In this document: piece after piece, positions 40,934-54,125 of the stretch | Layout of the letters: the number at the start of each line of letters is the position of its first letter | Position numbering within the stretch: position 1 is the first letter of the stretch | Assembly (NCBI GenBank): GCA_964016885.1 | Contig: OZ024745.1 | Span: forward strand, 17,546,001 to 17,610,000 | Direction of reading: 5' to 3' | Length of the DNA: 64,000 bases | Origin: Eledone cirrhosa | Taxonomy: Eukaryota | The notes under the pieces: generated by a model | Database searches by the model: none | What the model was told of the DNA's origin: nothing | Seen by the model: only the letters and a program-made list of their open reading frames with translations | Program-made: the position numbers and the translations under genes

Positions 40934-43032
40934 TTTATTCTCCTGCGATTGGACACGTCACAACGTTCAAATCACTAATATAGTTCCACAGCTATCATAA
41001 AATATATATCATTATTCATTCTACAATCAAATACGCTTACCTGTTTCTATGTGCCTGTGTGTCTGTATGTCTGTCCGTATGTATGTGCGTGTTAATCTAT
41101 TTATGTGTACGTGTTAGTCCGTGTGAGTCTTGCATGTAAATATTCAATGATAATACATTCCAGTCTTAGATTCATTGGTTTGAATGCGGAGATATCTAGA
41201 TACTTGTTTCTGGAAAGAGAGGGTATATTATGTTCACCGATTCATCTTTAAACATATCCATTCTAAACTGCTTTAATATTTAGACAGACGAGGCAACGAC
41301 CACCAGAAAACGATATATATAAATTGCGATTAGAGATTACCATAAACTTATATTCCTCCGTAATATAGAAATAAAATCCAAGATAGTATGCAATGTTTCA
41401 TTATGAAATTATTTATGACAGACTATGTCTTCCTTCCAATTGCTTTCGATATGATCCAACCTATATCTAAGTGATAAAAAATATATCTATCAATTGAAAG
41501 GTCGTTCACGTGAAAGATCATTTATGAGATTTATTATTCATTACATTCATTTTCTGTTCAAACGTTAACAGTATCATATAACCTGAATGCAATAATCGGA
41601 TTGTTGTCTGTATTCAGCACTTAACAATTTCCAGCCAATATTGTCTTTCCTGCTGCAACTACAACGTGTCAATTTTAACTATATTCAATCATTCCATTCT
41701 TTTTTAGTATGAGTAATACTCGTACTTCTTAACATTATATCTATTGCATTGTAGATGGAACATCTATCCGCTTGATCACTTTTCTTAGATCCATATTCAA
41801 TCAAAACAATTCCTTTAAATTCACAGAATTTCCTTAAACATTGCTAAAACAAATGTAACTATTTCTTTTTAGCAGAACCGCAGATATCTCTAACGATATA
41901 AAGCCAAGTATAGACATTTTTTCTATTTTTATATATTCTGAACCATTGATGTGCGTACATGTTATCGCAACACGGACAATGTAACAACATGTGTTCATCA
42001 AGGACAATAAATAATTATCTATAAATTATCTCTACAGATTATATCCAAATCAGTTTTGTTTTTGTTAATGTACAAAACTCATTTTTAATGTATATATTCT
42101 GGTATTCTTGATGAAAGCAGGTACCAAATTACATTTAGCCTACTACTCGCTTTCACTATGAAACTGCTGTAATATGAATAGACGTTTCAGTTATTCTCCT
42201 TTTAAATGAGATCGAATGACCTTATAGAGATGTATTTCCTCGACAAATCGATAAACAGACACAGTATTTATTGAAAACAAAATTGTGAATGAAGTGAACG
42301 AACCGACTATAATTATCATTGCTAACAATTATTATTAACGATTCTTCACAATGTTAACAATCAAGAGGAATACCTAACATTATCAATTAGTTGCTATTGA
42401 TAAAAGGACAACATATGAAGAAAAAAAAGAAAAAAAAAAGAAATTGCGTAAAACACGTGAATATAAATGCCATACTGTAAGATATGAGAGTACAATAACA
42501 ATACTACTACAACAAACACACCGGGAAAGGCGGGACTCGATAAATCTCGATCGTAGCTCAACTCGATAGGAAATATAACAGCATTTTCTGTATATTATTA
42601 AGTTCAATTGTTTTACTTGCTATTCATACATCTGCCTATATATTTGTTGAACGGTTCATTTTATTTTATAGTAAATGATATTTTGTATTTGTATATTTTG
42701 GTTGAATGCATGCGCTATCCATCTGTGCAGGTTAACAAGATTTTATCCAACCCAATATTGTCGATGATCATAATGTGCAAGATGGGTGTGTAGCTCTTAT
42801 ACTTCAGGCTCCAGAGCAACTGGAGTAAACACAGTTTTAGGTGCGCCAGGGAAGAAATTATTTTGTTATCTACATTATCTAAATTGCTCCTTTAACAACT
42901 ACATTGTGTGTTTTGCTAAATACCATACCTGATCCGTCAAGTAGTGCACAACATGTTTAGCCTGAAATTTTGCATATGAACGAGAGAATGGCCGTAACTA
43001 CACTAAATTTTAAAATATTTAATTCATTTCAG

Positions 43033-43066
43033 AATTATGACAGAGAAATGTTTAATCCAAGCAACT
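43033..43066 (+). CDS. Coding exon 2 (34 bp; NYDREMFNPSN)
   Basis: TTCATTTCAG acceptor and GTAAGT donor; phase 0 to phase 1 bridges exons 1 and 3 exactly. Confidence 0.65.
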
Positions 43067-43749
43067 GTAAGTTTATACATCTTCAAAACGAACCAATTTT
43101 TCCTTCATATATATCATATATAGAATGTGTTAAGTAAGAATTCTCCAGCAATTCAGTATTTTAAAAGATTATGTATTGTGTATATACTACAAAGTACACT
43201 AGAACGTCATGTTTCACACTTGGGGGGATTTAAATGTATAATAAAATAATTAAATATATTTATTTTTCTCAGTTACTCACTTGCATGTTCCATTGTCCTA
43301 TCTCCCCCGACTATCTGGTATGTTTACCTTTTTTCTCTTTCTTCCTCTCTCCTCAAAACCTTTCCCATTTTTTTCTTCTTTTTCCTTATTTTTTCTTTTC
43401 TTTCCCTCCTGGATTTCGATTGAGAAAAGGCCTTGGGCGCACCGCTGATCGCTTATAGATGTCCTGTGTTAAGTGCCGAAACATCTTTACAGCTGATGAA
43501 GGATTTTTTTTCTTCTTTTCTTTTTTTCTCTTGTTTCGTCCATACTACCATCTTAAACTTTGTTTACAGTAACCACACAGCTCATTTAGTTTCTTATATA
43601 TATATATATAATTATATATATATATATAATTATACATTTAATCATAACATGAAAGAGTAAAACCACATATATGTTCATTTTACAATATATGTCTATATTA
43701 TGTTAGATTATTATGTAAGATTATACAATGCTCTTGCTCCGTATTCCAG

Positions 43750-43827
43750 ATATTCAATCAAGTTCTTTATACACTCAATGGGGCAGGAAGAAATGTACCG
43801 GAAGTTACGTTAGCGATGTTTACACAG
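43750..43827 (+). CDS. Coding exon 3 (IQSSSLYTQWGRKKCTGSYVSDVYTG)
   Basis: TTCCAG acceptor, GTAATG donor, phase 1-1; carries the YxxWGRxxC...VYxG start of the domain. Confidence 0.9.
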
Positions 43828-45423
43828 GTAATGTATTTGATGTCCTAATTGTTTTTTTCTAAGTTAAGGTAGCTTCTATATTACATACCTATTTTTATTA
43901 TAATTAGTTGCCTGTTGATATTTTTCCAATTTTATGTTGATAATATTATCAATCATTGATTATATATATTCCCTGCCTCCGTCTCACTCGCACACTCACT
44001 CACTCACTATTATAAACGTATTGGGATCCAGGTCCCCAGCATAGAGAATAGTTTTGAAGATGTATAAACTTACATTTAATCATTAAATCAATATATTAAA
44101 TAAATTTACAGTATTATGTTATAAAATAATCATTTACGAGACAGTCACTGGTAAATGGATACATAAATACATACATATGTTTATATTCACGAAGTGTACT
44201 TCAACAAAGTGTACAGGTGGGTTTGTTTACTCCAGAGTAATATAAAAATAAGAAGTGTAAGTCAACAGGTTAAAATTAGCTTCGTTTATTTAAATTCTTC
44301 GCTGCAATATATGTTTCGGTGATAACCATTATTGAAAAGCTATGGGACTGAAACAACGGAGGTAAAATTTCTTCCACCATTACTATTGTCTGTTTTTTTT
44401 TTCCATTCACGTTTTTTTTTCTATACCCCAAGGCCTTTTGGATTTGATCCTCCGTGATCTCTCCACCTGATGAGACAGCTTCCTTACGGTGCGGTAATCA
44501 CCGTGCGCTGCTGCTGCTCTTTGACGAAATCGGGTAGAGGTTTCAGGGAAACACTATTTTCATTCCTTGTCACCATGGCTCTTGCAACTGCCATCTCCTC
44601 CTCTGTGACTAGCACTGTCTCTATATTTCGGGCCACACCTGCGAAAGAAGTGGCCCCTTTTTCAGCGGCAACATTATTGCTGCCGCTACTGCTGCTACTG
44701 GTCTTGTTGTTGCTGTTGCTACTGCTATAAACGGAGTTGTTGGTGTTGTTGCTGTTATCACTGTTGTAGTTGGTTGTGTTTTTGGTTCCCCCGTTGTTGT
44801 TGTTTTCGGTGCAATTTGTATTGTTGCTGTTGGTGTTTTAGTTTATTTTCTTGTTAGTGGTATTAATATCATTGTTACATTTGTTGTCATTTTTTTCTGT
44901 TGTCTGTATTTTGGTTGACGCTGTTATTGTTGTAGTTGGTGTGGTAATTTTTTTAAAAATTAGTGTTCTGTGTTGTCTTTGTTCACGTTGTTTGTGGTTG
45001 TGTTTGTTGTATGAATTTCACTAACCCTCCTCTCAGCTTTTACGCCGTTGTCACACGACACCAGAAATATTGCTGGGGGGCGTGGCTCAGCCATGTTCTT
45101 TTGTTGTTTTTTTAATTTTCTAAAGTAAAATGGTCAAACATTTGGTCGAAAATACCCAAATATTATACTTTCCCCTTCACATGGCAAAGTCCAAGTGCTT
45201 ATATCCCTTACACAACAAGAAAAATTTAACGTCAAATAATTATAAAAGGTAAACTTACTGGGAGCGAGCAAAAAAGACGTCCGAACAGTCCAATAATAAT
45301 AATAATAATGATTTATTTATTTAATAATAATAATAATAATAATAATAATACGAACATAATCTTTGTCCGTTCCCTTGTTTTAATTTGGATTGCCTCGGGA
45401 ACGTAACCTTATTATGTAATAAA

Positions 45424-45496
45424 CTGTCTGATGAGATCATGGCACTAGGTACGCGGTATTGCGAGGACGCTGTCGTAATCGAAATATGTCTCACAG
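45424..45496 (+). ncRNA. Partly degenerate type I hammerhead, intronic
   Basis: CTGT-CTGATGA-GATCATGGCA(...)TGTCGTAATC-GAAAT-ATGT-CTC-ACAG; mismatch in stem III, 4 bp stem I. Confidence 0.6.
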
Positions 45497-45865
45497 CCTA
45501 ATCAATACAAGACTTTAACATGTGAATCTACTTCGAATTTTCTTATTCTAAATATACTCCTAGTTGGAAAAAGTAGGGTGAGTGCCTGGATTGAGTTGCA
45601 TCAATGTTTACCGTAAGGATCTAGCTCCTCAATGTAGAGCGCTTTATGGCGTAACCAATATATATATATTTATTTATCCTATATCTCAGATCAGTAGGCT
45701 TTGACCAGATATAAATAATAGGAAAAGAGAGGAAATGAAATTATATAGTGATTTTAGATATTAAATACATACACCTTACTATGAAAATTGATTTGATCAA
45801 ATTCTGAAAATATTGCATCTCTAACTCTTATTTTTTTTTATTATTACTTCGTACTGGACTTCCAG

Positions 45866-46401
45866 GTGTTGCTGCAGGAGGTTTGTTCAGTGATACAGGA
45901 GGTGGAAGCAATATTCTTTGTCTTCCAATGGATCCAGTCTGGGGAAACTTCACGGAAGCTGTAGAAACAGCATCAACCATATATGGAAGTGAGTATGAAT
46001 TATCAGGTTATAAGAAGACTCCTAAAATGGGTCTATTCCTCCGAACTAATTCCGACAATTTACATGATCATAATATACCCTGTGTTATGTGTGAAACCAA
46101 TGGACCAGCAACTGTAATGATGCTGCCGGGAAGAAACGAATGTTATACTGGTTGGTACTTGGAATATTCTGGATATTTAATGACTTCTCACTGGAAGCAT
46201 TCAGGGAGAACAGCTTATTTGTGTATCGACAAAGAACCTGAAGACGATAGATGTGGTCACCGAAATGAAAATGGAGCTCTATTTTATCATGTACAGGCAC
46301 AATGTGGTTCTCTTCCCTGTCCACCTTATAGAAATAATCAAGAGATAACATGTTGTGTGTGTAGCAAAAGACCTGACTCGATGAGAGGAGAACTTTCTTA
46401 A
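45866..46401 (+). CDS. Terminal coding exon: short-chain collagen C4-like cysteine-rich domain
   Basis: TTCCAG acceptor; GGGSNILCLP.DP.W, IYGSEYE, HDHNIPCVMC, PGRNECYTGWYLEYSGYLM, NGALFYHV..CGSLPCPPY..EITCCVCSK. The four exons total 807 nt, in frame. Confidence 0.93.
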
Positions 46402-46658
46402 GTATTATATAATCAGTAAATGGAAAAGTTGTTGTGATGTAAGAAATTTAATCACAAATACAGGCTCGATGATATGGAAAAACTAACGCAAAATACATAC
46501 AATATTCATAGATACACAGAGGAGATTTATAATAATAGTGTAATAAATATTTCAAATAGATTTTTATTGCAATTTCCTTATCTTAACTACAAACATAGAT
46601 CATCATGTATACCCATGTATACATACACACAAACACACAAACACACAGACACACGCAG

Positions 46659-46781
<123 letters not shown>

Positions 46782-47158
46782 ACAAAATGAACCATTTTCT
46801 TCTTATTGTCCCGTGTAATACAATATACATCACCATTTATATTAAACACAATATGAGATTAATTAAATTAATGCTATGAAAACAAATTGAGATTGTGGAG
46901 AGAATCAATTATAAAATAAAAACTAATTAAATTACTAATAATCGTTAATTATACTTGGTGTTGTTTTAGGTCAATGAATAATAAGGTATTTTTTATTCTT
47001 GGACAAGTATTTAGACTTGGCTCTATAAGTGTATTCTCAAGACCACCAATTTGAATATCCTTATTGATTCCCGTATCTTTGAAATATAGTACGACTACTA
47101 TTCTGGTTAATTTAACCGTGTATTTAATCATATATTCACTTAAGTGTTTATAAATAAA

Positions 47159-47552
47159 GGTGTGGGCTAGTGGTTAAAAAACTGGGTTCGTAAGCGTTAG
47201 GTTGCGAGTTCGGTTTCCAGATCGGGCGTTTAGTTATGTCCTTGAACAAATCCCATTATTTCCTGTTCTTTCAAGGACGGTGAATTGGCAGTATCGGTAG
47301 AGGGTAGGACATCTTTCTAGCATAGAGTTAGGTCCCATTACGATCTGAGTTCAAATCCTGCCGAGGTTAACTTGCCTTCCATCCATACGGGGTCGATAAA
47401 ATAAAGTATCAGTAATGTACTGGATAATTGCTGGCCTTGTGCCAAAGTAGAAACAATTATTTCACGTTCTATTTTTCTGCTAGGAATTGCAACTGGAAGA
47501 TAATATAAAGACCAATGAAAACATTGTTTCCTTGGTCAGATTTCACGAGTTC
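47159..47552 (+). mobile_element. CORE-like SINE interrupted by a full tRNA-SINE (47275-47461)
   Basis: Host A/B boxes at 47160-47220; imperfect TSD ATTATTTCCTGTTCT / ATTATTTCACGTTCT. Confidence 0.8.
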
Positions 47553-49778
47553 CACTCCATATCAATAAATCAATTTTTAATATATATTTGTTATTCATTG
47601 TATTAAAATCACATTAAGTACTTTTTCTTAGAGGTAATACTGATGTATTGTTGAAAACATTCTTCAAGTTTAATAGAGATGTTCATATTTCAGAAAATAG
47701 TTATAGGTTAACAGACGGTGTGCCGGCATGCACTAAAACTATCCCTGTACCCCAGTACAACTATTTTCAAGAACTAGACATTGTTTATCTTTATGGATAA
47801 TGTGTCAATTATTTAAAAAAAGACATGAGTAGATTAATATGAGGAATACATAAACGTTTGTTATCATTCCGAATATATTTGTCATTGATATGGAAGAAAA
47901 TACCTGTACAAAGTTTATGTACGTTTTGGATGTTACCCAAACATCTTGCTCGTCGTTTACCTCTGGGACTTCTACCATTTGGTTTTGACTGCAGAATCTG
48001 TCCAGCGATTATTTCCTGAGATATTCTAATGACATGTTCGTATTATCTGATCTGTAACATAAAGTAGAGGCTGTACCTGAAGCCTTGATCTCTGAGTCGT
48101 ACTTGATCTCTGAGCCGTACACTGAACAGTGATCCCTCGATATGAGAAATATAGAGTCACTTGGAGTGACTCTTATCTCCGAGCTCCGCAGTCTATCTGT
48201 ATAGTTACTCTAAACACTCTTCGAGGAAATCAAGCTTTGCCCACTTGTATTCCTGATCGTATTATTTCTATCACTACACACGATTCATAAGCTTAGGTTA
48301 GCATAGGAAGGAACACCGAATTTAAGTCAAACCCTCTGGTTTGACTTTTATACCTAACTCAATTATTCCAATGAGAGGTTGCTGAAGCTGATGCTTTACT
48401 GCACCAACTCCTGCAATTCGTGCACTTAATTCAATTTCTAGCCTACCATAACCCATGAAAGCTGACCTTAGATACTTGAGGTACTCCACCTACTTGAATG
48501 GAACTCAGCTCACAGGAGAATAAATTGATCAGGCTTCCAAGAGGAGACGAGTTACTCGGTATTCGTAGCACTGAGTTTATTTCGTGACGTGCATCATTCG
48601 GCTGCGAATCAATCAAGTGCATGTCGGAACTCACATTCTGCACAATGCCTTCTACAAATTCTAGTTGATTGATCCGACAGCCGACTGATGCTGTATCTTT
48701 TCTCGGTGCGTTTAATACAAATATCCTTGCGATGCCGGAGGATGCGGAGAGAGGGGAGGTCATGTGCGTGTGTGTGATGGGTCACGCGTCGAAACTGATT
48801 AGCAAGATTGAAGCAGTTCAACATGCAACGGCAAGTGTACATGAACTAAACAATACTGAACAATGCTCTATTTCATGTCTGATGACCGGCGATCGAAACT
48901 CGGTAAGTCAAGAGGAGTCTCAATATACTTCATACCTTTTTTCTTAAATATTATTTTTCATTCATAACTTATGGTTTTTTCACTAAATATATACCAATCA
49001 CCTTAAAGAACAAAAGAGCCCTATAGCAACAAATGCTTAAATTTCCAGAAGGAAAAGCATTTTTATAAGTAGGCGACATTTGGAATTAGTTTATATCCAG
49101 TATGTTTATATTGAACTATAAAAATAAGATATAAATTTAATAAAACTGCAATCTCCAATGGATCATCACACTTTTAACAAATATTATCTTCAATGATCAG
49201 ATACTTTTGTCGATTAAAATACTTTAAATCTAGTATAAATTTATTAGATGGCGGCTATATTGCAGCTGTTTTCGGTAAATGTATTTAATGAAAGAGAATC
49301 GAGATTGTGAGATTATTCCGAAATAAATCAAATGAACGCTATACAGTTGATTAAGATTTATTAAGCTATATACCTACGATGCCAGCGTCAATTAGATTAG
49401 AAAATATATTAACTCTACAGTCACTTTAATTTCTATTCAGTGAAGCGAACGTAATATTATTCTATTAATTCAAGAAACAGCTAAATTGCTACAATCCCGT
49501 TTGTATTCTCTGTGAGAGATGTCATATATTTCGGATTGCGTCAATATGAAACATCCATACATTCTCTCTAGTTGTTAGAGTAATGCTATTTGTGGATACG
49601 CAACATATTGTTCCTCCCTACGGTTGCGTATCTAGCACTATATTATTGAATGAATTACGCCCTCCGTTTTTTAAGATGGAAGGGTTATCTTTGACTACAA
49701 GTTGCCACTTATTCTTTTATATTAACTCAATTACGTTAGCTGGTCCTTAGTTTATCAATTTCTACAGGAATTCTGCTA

Positions 49779-49817
<39 letters not shown>

Positions 49818-49858
49818 CATATATATATACAAACACACACACACACATATATATATAT

Positions 49859-49903
<45 letters not shown>

Positions 49904-50785
49904 CACATTCACACATACATATATATATCGAATCAGTTTGAGACTGCTTAGACCATTAGTCAACAGCGTACTCGATACTTGGAGTAGTAGAGTATGGTTA
50001 TAGTATAAAGTCTCGGGACCCGACGGCTGAGCTCTCCCCGTTTCAACAGTTTGTTTCATATATACATATGAGAAACAGCCGTATTATATATGATTACGAA
50101 TCTATGTGTATTGTTATTTACAAATGCATAATTACTCAGCATTGTCGTTATATTATGAAAATGGGACTTAGTTTTTGATTTGTCCTAACAGGAATTGACT
50201 GATGTATTACTACATCCTATTGTTATTTTTTACTTTTCATCTTAGCTGTATCAGAAAAACACCGTAGAATGGCAAACTTGCATGCAAACAATGAATGTAT
50301 ATATTGGAAAGCTAAGAAATGGAAAGGAAACAGGACAATTTCTATGGATTACGTCAATTTTCTATCATAATACGAAACAATAAATTCAAATGTGTTGCGT
50401 GAAAACGAAAAAGTAAATACATTACGGAACATTTAATTATTTTTGGCAACGATTTCACATATCAAATAGCTATTTTAGAATAGAATTTCTATCATAGGAG
50501 AAACCATTTTCGTAATGGTTCTCTCTCAAAAATAATTTCTATTATGCTTTAAAGTGACGATCAAACAGAAGTACATTTTGGAGGATGCTTCTAGCACCGA
50601 TATTCATACCCACACACATTTTGATGGGTCTGACTATGATTATATTTGAAATAACTGATTTCTTATATGCATCTGACAGGGATAATCATAGAAAAACGTA
50701 TCTTATGATAGGTGTTTGACACACATATGAAGAGTATTTTAAGCTTTAATCTGTTATTTTAATATATATACAGTATATATATATA

Positions 50786-50820
<35 letters not shown>

Positions 50821-50824
<4 letters not shown>

Positions 50825-51032
50825 AACGAGTAGGACCCCGACGGCTGAGCTCAAGCCGTTTCGACGGCTAATTGTGGACTAAAAAGTCCAGAATTAGTCC
50901 AGAATTAGCCGTCGAAACGGCTTGAGCTCAGCTGTCGGGGTCCTACTCGTTCCTATTACCCACTCTACTACCCTAAGTATTAAGTACTTTGGTGCGTTAT
51001 GGTCCACCTGGTTCCTTACCACATTTCCTTCG

Positions 51033-51035
<3 letters not shown>
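50821..51035 (+). mobile_element. Short inverted-repeat element (family of 23373-23563)
   Basis: About 60 bp inverted arms, 11 bp tandem duplication at the centre, ~80 bp tail, (TA)n flanks. Confidence 0.78.
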
Positions 51036-51099
<64 letters not shown>

Positions 51100-51643
51100 T
51101 AGGTATGTATACGTACATACATATATGTATACAGACGTACAGTAGTATGTATATATATATACATACATGCACACATATATTATAATGCTCGGTGTGTTTG
51201 TAAACAAACTTCCCGTATTAAGCCGTAGTGTCTAGCAACCATCGTTGCTCGTTTGTTCAACACTGACAAAGGAACGCTGTACTAGTTTCAAGCTTATTAG
51301 CTATCGTCAGCAACGTATACCTTCCTGCCAGTTGATTGAACGTCTGAAAGTATATACTTTCCTTATGCATATTAACGGCTGAGTAGCCCAATTTGCATAT
51401 CGAGTGGGTTAATCGGCCGGGTGCACTGAAAACGATAAACGGAAAAAAATGAAACGAAATTTCATTTCCCACTCTTAGTACGCCTGTTACTTAAATATAA
51501 GTATGTATACGTACATACATATATGTATACAGACGTACAGTAGTATGTATATATATATACATACATGCACACATATATATATGTACGTATGGATTCACCG
51601 AACATAAGAGCGGGAAATGAAATTTCGTTTCATTTTTTTCCGT

Positions 51644-51646
<3 letters not shown>
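51100..51646 (-). mobile_element. Retrozyme-like element, copy C (monomer ~398 nt, direct overlap, short inverted end)
   Basis: Direct repeat starting near 51103 and 51501; HHR 51274-51316; inverted segment 51606-51646. Confidence 0.8.
51274..51316 (-). ncRNA. Minimal type I hammerhead ribozyme
   Basis: ACGTTG-CTGACGA-TAGCTAATAAGCTT-GAAAC-TA-GTA-CAGCGT; a stem I A-U pair is replaced by U.G. Confidence 0.88.
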
Positions 51647-51707
<61 letters not shown>

Positions 51708-52300
51708 GCGTGTGCGTGCGTGTGCGTGTGCGTGTGTGTGTGTGTGTGTGCACATATATATAATTGAGATATATCAATCAATTTCCTTTTCTTTTATGTG
51801 ACCTTAATATTTGTTTAAATATTTTGAATCTATTTTGCGTTTAGGACTGTATAAAACCGGTGTGTTATATTGATAATCTAAAACCTGCAAGCTGATTAAG
51901 TGATGATTTAGTTAACAGCATCGAGTGAAATAATTATGTGCAATAACATAATGTAGAAATTATTCAGATAATATTTGTTATCACTAATTTAAGAGTTATG
52001 ATTTGAGTTGATTAACAGGAATAAATGTTATATTAAAATAGAAATTTGGTGATTTGTATTAGTTGAGGTCCTAAAATCTAGACTCATTACTTCAGTACAA
52101 ATAAATAATTATATTTATTATTTTGTCGGTATCTGAAATGCTCTCTCGTCATCTACCAAGTGCTTTCTTCTTATCTGAGTTACAGGAGAAAATATATTGA
52201 AGAATCTTACCTGATATAAGTTATCTCATGTCCTCGTGAATAAAAAAAATACTGCCTCTCAATACACATTAATTATAGAACAGAATTATATTAATAAGAG

Positions 52301-52479
52301 AATTGTTTCTACTTTTGGCACAAGGCCAGCAATTAACCAGTACATTACTGGTACTTTATTTTATCGACCCCGTAAGGATGAAAGGCAAAGTTAACCTCGG
52401 CGGGATTTGAATTCAGACCGTAAAGGGACGTAACTATGCTGGAAAGCATGGTGTCCGACTCTCTACCGATACTGCCAAT
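52301..52479 (-). mobile_element. tRNA-derived SINE
   Basis: Matches the family consensus. Confidence 0.9.
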
Positions 52480-53121
52480 AATACAGATATCGCCCAACAT
52501 ATAAATGCTTATAAGATAATCGATATTATCTCAAGTTATGTGATAATAAAACACTGTTTACTGTAAGGGTAAACCAGGTAAATAATAACAGCAACAACTG
52601 CACACTTTCTGTTGGAAAATATTTTAATTAGATTAACTTATACCCAATTTCAATGTCTTTTATAAATTATTTCTCCTCCTTTTCATCCTCCTACTCCTTC
52701 TCCTTCTCATTATTATTACTATGGTGGTGGATTAACAGTGTCGATAGAGCGTCATGCATCATGCTTTGCAACATAGAGTGATGGCCCTTTCCCAAAATTG
52801 CTACTACTACTACTACTACTACTACTATTACAGCTGCAGCAGTTATGTATATTCACAAGAGAGTCAATTGTCATAAAGATGGTATTTTTGCACTAAGGAC
52901 ATCAAGTTATACAATTGTATACTAGAAGATGCGATGTATGATCTATGGCTTCTTGTATAACTTTAAATAGAGAAAGCTAAATATTGGAACAATGTTAAGA
53001 CAGATATAGAAATAAATTGATATTATGCCTAGTAAAATGTTGAGGCAGAAATAATCTTACTGGGTTTTATTTAACTTTATATAACAGACGCCACACTTCT
53101 CAAACGATATATTAATTTCAC

Positions 53122-53174
<53 letters not shown>

Positions 53175-53185
53175 GGGGCGGTATT

Positions 53186-54125
53186 GTATAGGTGTATTAT
53201 ATATAGAGAGAGATGGATAGAAATTTCATATAAACAGAAAATAACAAAACAAAAATTACTTTCTCTGGAAATTTCCAAAACGGATCACGTAATTCATAAA
53301 ATATGTTACTTAAAATATAAATGGGTAAATTAGATTGTTGAACAATTAAATGAAGCAAATAAACAAACATTTGTATATTATAATTTATAGAGGGCGATGA
53401 ATTGGCAGTATCGGTAGAGGGTTGGACGCCATGCTTTGATGCATAGAGTTGCGACCCTTGCCATTCTGAGTTCAAATGCCGCCTAGGTTAACTTTGCCTT
53501 TCATCCTTACGGGGTCGATAAAATAAAGTACCAGTAATGCACTGGGATAATTGCTGGCCTTGTGCCAAAAGTAGAAACAATTATAATTTATATATATATA
53601 TTTGTTTTGCAAGGTATGAATTCGTGTGTCGAAACAAATATTGTTATACTTGGGTCATATTGTTGTAATAATATTGCCAGAAATAATAACGGAACACACT
53701 GACTGTTTGGTTGGTTTTCGCTTCTGTATCTTTTGTATCTCCATAGTTAATTTATTTGCCAAATTAATTAAATATGGAGATACAATAGTTACAGAAGCGA
53801 AAACCAACCAAACAGTCAGTGTGTTCTGTTATTATTTCTGGCAATATTATTACAACAATATGACCCCAGTATAACAATATTTGTTTCGACACACGATTTC
53901 ATACCTTGCAAAACAAATATATATATGTTTTAATATACAAATGTTTGTTTATTTGCTTCATTTAATTGTTCAACAATCTAATTTACCCATTTATATTTTA
54001 AGTAACATATTTTATGAATTACGTGATCCGTTTTGGAAATTTCCAGAGAAATTAATTTTTGTTTTGTTATTCTCTGTTTATATGAAATGTCTATCCATCT
54101 CTCTCTATATAATACATGTATATAA
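53186..54125. repeat. Nested palindromes: outer arms about 53186-53382 / 53929-54125, inner palindrome about 53594-53926, SINE between
   Basis: Reverse-complement matches visible directly. The inner arms resemble the pLTR end at 61265-61340. Confidence 0.88.
53390..53582 (+). mobile_element. Full-length tRNA-derived SINE with 13 bp TSD
   Basis: ATTATAATTTATA at 53377-53389 and 53580-53592. Confidence 0.93.

Noticed and set aside
43410-43505. Apparent permuted hammerhead (GAAAC before CTGATGA)
   Set aside because: Better explained as a decayed type I HHR (core mutated to TTGAGAA) followed by the start of a truncated second one; not supportable as functional.
44460-44540. CTGATGA...GAAAT hammerhead candidate
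   Set aside because: Stem II does not close next to GAAA; it lies within a decayed minus-strand ORF.
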